Shown piece after piece: positions 59,652-64,000 of a stretch of 64,000 nucleotides of DNA. Position 1 is the stretch's first letter, and each line of letters starts with the position of its first letter. Made by a program: the position numbers and the translations under genes. The notes below the pieces were generated by a model. It ran no database searches. It was not told the DNA's origin and worked only from the letters and a program-made list of their open reading frames with translations. Source of the stretch: Burkholderiales bacterium (GTDB lineage Bacteria; Pseudomonadota; Gammaproteobacteria; Burkholderiales; SG8-41); the NCBI GenBank assembly GCA_019749945.1, contig JAIEPF010000016.1:13596-77595 (forward strand). The letters run 5' to 3'.

Positions 59652-59978
59652 ATGAACAAACTGCTGACCACCCTGCTTGCCACCGCCTTTGCCGCGGTAA
59701 CCTTCAATGCTGTTGCCCAGACCGCGCCGGCGACTCCGGCAGCCCCGGCAAAAGCAACGCCGGCGACCCCGGCAGCGCCGGCCAAGGCTGACGCAGCGAA
59801 AGCGACCCCGGCAACGCCGGCCGCGCCTGCTGCCAAGGCGGATGCACCGAAAAAAGCGAAAGCCAAGTCGGATGCGCCGAAAAAAGCCAAAGCCAAGTCC
59901 GACAAGCCGAAAAAAGCCAAAGCCGACGCGCCGAAAAAAGCGCCGAAAGCCGAAGCAGCGCCGGCACCGGCGAAGTAA
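59652..59978 (+). CDS. Secreted low-complexity Ala/Pro/Lys repeat protein
   Basis: 108 aa with a signal peptide, ATPATPAAPAKA repeats and DAPKKAKAKS repeats. GGAG before the ATG. Confidence 0.55.
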   Translation: MNKLLTTLLATAFAAVTFNAVAQTAPATPAAPAKATPATPAAPAKADAAKATPATPAAPAAKADAPKKAKAKSDAPKKAKAKSDKPKKAKADAPKKAPKAEAAPAPAK

Positions 59979-60025
59979 CCGTGTAGTACCGTCGCCGCCG
60001 GTTTCGGCGGCGCGTTACAATCAGC

Positions 60026-60057
60026 AAGGCAGGCGCAATGCGCCTGCCTTCTTTTTT
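60026..60057 (+). terminator. Rho-independent terminator
   Basis: Stem GGCAGGCGC/GCGCCTGCC with loop AAT, followed by TTCTTTTTT. Confidence 0.7.
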
Positions 60058-60127
60058 GTTAACGACGTCAGGCGGACAGGGAAGTTAGTACTTACCTTAC
60101 AGACGCCTCCCGCAGCAGTAAAGGTTT

Positions 60128-60143
60128 ATCAATAAAATCAATG
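60128..60143 (+). repeat. Partial AT-rich motif ATCAATAAAATCAATG overlapping a start codon
   Basis: The first 15 nt are identical to the 7824 and 62557 copies. The ATG of the downstream PLP enzyme lies inside it. Confidence 0.45.
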
Positions 60144-61277
60144 GACTACATAGATTCACAAAACGGCACCCACTACCCGTCCAAGGCCGCGAGATGGTGC
60201 GGTGACCAAGGCGCTTACCTCAATCTCGCGCCCGGGCCGGGCATGACGCGCGATGCGATCCAGGCGGACGACCGCTCGGTGTGGCGTTATGCGCGGGCTA
60301 TCGATGTGGACCGGCAGAGTGCGGTGTCGCTGGGCGAAGGCGGCACGCCGCTGCTCAGCCGCACCTGGCATGGCGTAGCGGTGCGTTTCAAGCTCGAATT
60401 CATGATGCCCACCGGTTCGTTCAAGGATCGCGGCATGACGGTGATGGTCAGCTACCTGAAAAGCCGCGGCATCGATCATGTGCTGGAGGATTCATCGGGC
60501 AATGCCGGTGCGTCGTTGTCGGCCTACGCTGCGGCGGCGGGCATGCGTTGCTGCATCCTCGTCCCGGAAACGGCGTCGTATCCGAAAATCGCGCAGATCG
60601 CCGCCTGCGGCGCGGATGTGGTGACGGTGCCGGGCACGCGCCAGAACGTGGCCGATGCCGCGCTGTGCATGAGCAGCGAAATTTTTTATGCCAGCCACAA
60701 CTGGCAGCCCTTTTTCATCGAGGGCACCAAGACGCTGGCCTACGAATTGTGGGAATCGCTGGGTTTTCGTGCGCCGGACAATGTGGTCACGCCGCTGGGT
60801 TACGGCAGCAACGTGCTGGGTCTCGATCGCGGTTTCGACGAACTGCTGCGCAACGGCGAGATCAAAAAACGCCCGCGCATTTTCGGCGTGCAGGCGGCGA
60901 ATTGCGCGCCCTGCCATGCCGCCTGGCGGGCCGGCAGTGAGTCGCCGGTGCCGGTCACGGTGACGCCGACCGTGGCCGAGGGCATAGCTTCATCGCAACC
61001 GACGCGACTGCGTGAAGTGCTGCGCGCCGTGCGCAGCTCGGATGGCGCCATCGCTGCAGTCAGTGAAACGGAAATTGTCGATGCGCTGTGCGGACTTGCC
61101 GGCATGGGCTTTTATGTGGAACCGACCTGTGCCGCGGCGGCCGCAGGCCTGACGCAGCTACTCGACTCCGGCGCGATCCGCCGCGATGAAGAAACCATCG
61201 TGGTGCTGACCGGCAGCGGCCTGAAAAGCTCGGAACGCATCGGTCAGTTGCTGAATCTGCGGCCGCGCACGCTGTAA
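60141..61277 (+). CDS. PLP-dependent threonine-synthase-like enzyme
   Basis: PTGSFKDRG lysine motif and EDSSGNAG. Confidence 0.8.
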   Translation: MDYIDSQNGTHYPSKAARWCGDQGAYLNLAPGPGMTRDAIQADDRSVWRYARAIDVDRQSAVSLGEGGTPLLSRTWHGVAVRFKLEFMMPTGSFKDRGMTVMVSYLKSRGIDHVLEDSSGNAGASLSAYAAAAGMRCCILVPETASYPKIAQIAACGADVVTVPGTRQNVADAALCMSSEIFYASHNWQPFFIEGTKTLAYELWESLGFRAPDNVVTPLGYGSNVLGLDRGFDELLRNGEIKKRPRIFGVQAANCAPCHAAWRAGSESPVPVTVTPTVAEGIASSQPTRLREVLRAVRSSDGAIAAVSETEIVDALCGLAGMGFYVEPTCAAAAAGLTQLLDSGAIRRDEETIVVLTGSGLKSSERIGQLLNLRPRTL

Positions 61278-61391
61278 TACCCGCGCTGCGCGGTCGCATG
61301 TTGGACCCGTTGCGGGCGTTCTTGACACTGCGAATGCCGGGCGCATAGATTCAGGCCCTTCATTTTGATCCGTTCACCAAGGGCAGCCGCC

Positions 61392-62543
61392 ATGAAAATC
61401 ACCGCCGTCAAAAGCTACGCCGTACATCCGGGCTGGCGCAAAAATCTCATTTTTGTCAAAGTCGAAACCGATGCCGGCATCCACGGCTGGGGCGAAGCCT
61501 ATTCGCAGTACGACCGCGACACCGCGGTGATGGCGCAGCTCAACGCGCTGGGCCCCTATCTCGTCGGGCGCAGCCCCTTCGACATCAAACATTTCACCCA
61601 GTTTGCCTTCGACGATTACGCGGCGCGCCGCGGTTCGGTGGAACTGTTCTGCGCGATCAGCGGCATCGAGCAGGCGCTGTGGGACATCGTCGGCAAGGCG
61701 ACCCAGCAGCCGGTGTACAACCTGCTCGGCGGCAAATACCGCGAAAAAATCCGCGTCTATGCCAACGGCTGGAGTTACGGCATGAAAGAACCCGCGGATT
61801 ACGCGCGTGCCGCGGAAAAAGTGGTGAAGCAGGGTTTCACCGCGATGAAATTCGATCCACTGCCCTCGCCGTGGCGCACCTGGATACCCAAGGAACACGA
61901 GAAACGCGCGATCAGCGTGGTGAAGGCGATCCGCGACGCGGTCGGTCCCGATGTCGATCTGTTGATTGAACAGCACCGGCGTCTCGCGCCGATGCACGCC
62001 ATTCGCCTCGACAAACAATTGGCCGAATTCGACCTGTACTGGATGGAAGAATCCTGCCAGGCGGAATTCCCCGATGAACTCGCGCAGATCCGCCGCGAGA
62101 TCGGCGTGCCGGTGGTGATCGGCGAGGCGACCTACACCAAGACCGGATTCAGGCCGCTGCTGGAAAAACGCTCGGCCGACATCCTCAATCCCGATGTCGC
62201 CTGCGTTGGCGGCATACTGGAACTGAAGGAAATCGCCGCGATGGCCGAGTCCTTCCTGGTCGCCATGTCACCGCACAATTACAACTCGACGCTGGTGGCG
62301 CTGGCGTCAACGGTGCATGCATCGGCGACCATGCCCAACTTCATCATCACTGAATACTTCCTGCCCTTCGTCGATTTCTGCGACAAGATTTCGCCGAACC
62401 AACTGAAACCGAAAAACGGCTATATCGATCTGCCGACCGCGCCCGGACTGGGCATCGATGTCGATGAGGAAGCGCTGAAAAAACATCCGGCCAAGGTCTA
62501 CCCGCAGCGCAAGCTGCGCACCCCGGCCGATGAGGGGCCGTAG
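61392..62543 (+). CDS. Mandelate racemase/muconate lactonizing enzyme family (sugar-acid dehydratase-like)
   Basis: Enolase-superfamily N-terminus (VKVETDAGIHGWGEA) and barrel motifs. Confidence 0.85.
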   Translation: MKITAVKSYAVHPGWRKNLIFVKVETDAGIHGWGEAYSQYDRDTAVMAQLNALGPYLVGRSPFDIKHFTQFAFDDYAARRGSVELFCAISGIEQALWDIVGKATQQPVYNLLGGKYREKIRVYANGWSYGMKEPADYARAAEKVVKQGFTAMKFDPLPSPWRTWIPKEHEKRAISVVKAIRDAVGPDVDLLIEQHRRLAPMHAIRLDKQLAEFDLYWMEESCQAEFPDELAQIRREIGVPVVIGEATYTKTGFRPLLEKRSADILNPDVACVGGILELKEIAAMAESFLVAMSPHNYNSTLVALASTVHASATMPNFIITEYFLPFVDFCDKISPNQLKPKNGYIDLPTAPGLGIDVDEEALKKHPAKVYPQRKLRTPADEGP

Positions 62544-62556
62544 GCGGCATTAAAAC

Positions 62557-62577
62557 ATCAATAAAATCAATAATTTA
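62557..62577 (+). repeat. AT-rich motif ATCAATAAAATCAATAATTTA
   Basis: Lies between convergent gene ends. Contains an exact IHF core match. Confidence 0.6.
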
Positions 62578-62581
62578 TATT

Positions 62582-63625
62582 TCAGGCGGCGTGAAACACG
62601 GCATGGTTGCCGTCGATTTTGATCGCGGTCTTGAAGGGCGCGCTGCGTAGGCGCAAAGCTTGCAGCGTTGCCTGTTCATGCGCCAGATCGCAGATCACCG
62701 TTTCGTTGCGCTCGTTGTGACGGACGAATTCGAATGAGGCGTTTTCGCAGACCCGGCCGTTCAGCGTGACACGGGCGAGCATGCCCACCCAGTCGCCGTG
62801 TTTTTTGCCGCCGTGTCCGGTGTGGAAGGAAAAACTGCCGAGGCCGTAGAACACCGGTTTGCCCTTGTAGATTTCCACCGGCAGCGCATAGTGCGGGCCG
62901 TGGCCGATGACGATGTCGGCGCCGGCGTCGATCACGGCGTGGGCAATTTCGGTCATGTAATCCAGCACGTCCTCCTTGAAGCCCCAGTGCTGTGAAGCCA
63001 CCAGCACATCGACCTCCTTGCGCAGCGTTGCGATTTCCGCGATGTATTCAACCAGGTATTCCGGATCGGCCCAGGTCACGATCACCGGCGGCACACCGGG
63101 GCGGTTGGCCGGCGGAATGTCCTGGCGCGTCTTGTGCAATGGCAGCTGGTAGGCGGTGTGGCCGCGCAGTGCGGCAACGCCGGGCGAATGTTCACCCGCT
63201 TCATGGTTGGTCGGCCAGTAGACGGAGGTGCGCTGCACGAAGCCGTAACGCAGGCCGTTGCGGGTGATGATCACCGGTTTGCGCGCCTCAGCGCGGTTGA
63301 GACCGGTGCCGGTGCCGGGGATGCCGAGTTTTTCCAGCTCACGCAACGAAGACTTGATGGCTTCGGCGCCGTAGTTGACGTTGTTGGCGTTGCCGATGGC
63401 ATGATAACCGGCGAGCTTGAGCGCCTGACCGGCGGCGGGTGCCGCATAAAAACCTTCGTCGGTCACCGATACTTCGGCGGAGGGCTGATACAGGCAGCAT
63501 TCCAGATTGCCGAACAACACGTCAGCGCTGTGCAGCGTGTCGGCAACACGCGCGAAGGGCAGCGCGGGATCGGCGACATTCATCAGGTTGATGTCGCCAG
63601 TGAACATCATCAGCGTACGGCTCAT
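62582..63625 (-). CDS. CapA family (PGA_cap metallophosphatase-like) protein
   Basis: The segments FTGDINLMN and ADVLFGNLEC are typical of the CapA N-terminus. Confidence 0.8.
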   Translation of the reverse strand: MSRTLMMFTGDINLMNVADPALPFARVADTLHSADVLFGNLECCLYQPSAEVSVTDEGFYAAPAAGQALKLAGYHAIGNANNVNYGAEAIKSSLRELEKLGIPGTGTGLNRAEARKPVIITRNGLRYGFVQRTSVYWPTNHEAGEHSPGVAALRGHTAYQLPLHKTRQDIPPANRPGVPPVIVTWADPEYLVEYIAEIATLRKEVDVLVASQHWGFKEDVLDYMTEIAHAVIDAGADIVIGHGPHYALPVEIYKGKPVFYGLGSFSFHTGHGGKKHGDWVGMLARVTLNGRVCENASFEFVRHNERNETVICDLAHEQATLQALRLRSAPFKTAIKIDGNHAVFHAA

Positions 63626-63854
63626 GCCAGGTTTTCTCCGGGTGTGTCGGGAGGGGGGGGATTCGCGGTGCGCGCCCGGCGCGACGGCGCTTTGTTTATC
63701 GCTCAGCCGCAGACGCGGCGCAAGTGCGCCCGGTCTTTGCCGCTGGGGGGTATTTCGTGAAACAGGTCACAGACGAGACGCCGCAGCCCTTTCCGGTTTA
63801 GTTATTCTCATTCGTTCGACAATAAAATTTATATTGCGAAGCAACAAAAATCGC

Positions 63855-63882
63855 TTGACCGCGAACTTGGCCGTGGCAGAAT
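63855..63882 (+). promoter_or_regulatory. Candidate sigma-70 promoter (-35 TTGACC, 16-bp spacer, -10 CAGAAT)
   Basis: Preceded by an AT-rich UP-like tract. About 95 nt upstream of a strong terminator, with no ORF in between. Confidence 0.4.
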
Positions 63883-63888
63883 GGGAAC

Positions 63889-63984
63889 CGTGTTGGGTGT
63901 CTTTACAGACATCGGCACACATCCTCCAAAACCTCCTCCTTTGGTGGAACTTCAGCGCAACCCTCCGGGGTTGCGCTTTTTTTT
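63889..63984 (+). ncRNA. Candidate small RNA (~95 nt) with CU-rich anti-Shine-Dalgarno loop
   Basis: Three predicted hairpins. The second presents ACCUCCUCC in its loop (stem CCAAA/UUUGG, 63926-63944) next to CAUCCUCC. It ends in an intrinsic terminator. Confidence 0.45.
63955..63984 (+). terminator. Rho-independent terminator
   Basis: 9-bp stem GCGCAACCC/GGGTTGCGC with loop TCCG, followed by T8. Confidence 0.8.
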
Positions 63985-64000
63985 GTGCTGTCGATGCGGC

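Overview
High-GC bacterial chromosome segment. The gene content is typical of Betaproteobacteria/Burkholderiales, with 11 Bug/TctC-type solute-binding genes in 64 kb. Three kinds of content are visible. (1) A housekeeping block at 44.2-53.2 kb: ogt-like, xerD, folB, plsY, tsaD, rpsU, yqeY-like, dnaG, rpoD and a CAU-anticodon tRNA. (2) Many small catabolic modules in which orphan Bug binding proteins sit next to hydrolases, aldo/keto reductases, FAH, amidohydrolase, enoyl-CoA hydratase, cyclase, enolase-superfamily and SDR enzymes, plus one TAXI-TRAP transporter. (3) Accessory or unusual loci. These include a sharply AT-rich islet (2.8-5.3 kb) encoding one 702-aa ABC-ATPase fused to a DUF4435/TOPRIM-like domain (OLD/PARIS-like defence candidate). 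Next to it is a HigBA-like toxin-antitoxin pair bracketed by an ~81-bp duplication of the 3' end of a lyase gene. A MazEF-like pair lies at the left edge. The finding I rate highest is at 30.4-31.5 kb. Two adjacent exported redox genes each appear as split ORFs, but each is interrupted by a single in-frame TGA exactly at the redox-active cysteine (W-U-S-S-C in a TlpA-like thioredoxin fold, F-T-D-T-U-T-T-E in a peroxiredoxin). This suggests a selenocysteine-based periplasmic peroxide-reduction pair. Other observations are a 13-Cys metallothionein-like mini-ORF, a promoter-to-terminator small-RNA candidate with CCUCC loops at the right edge, a deletion scar fusing two gene remnants, a frameshifted Bug gene, a dCache-type receptor Ser/Thr kinase, and a recurring 21-nt AT-rich motif family. 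No rRNA, CRISPR array, transposase or integrase (other than chromosomal xerD) was seen. All functional calls rest on motif and family recognition by eye; no database search was run.
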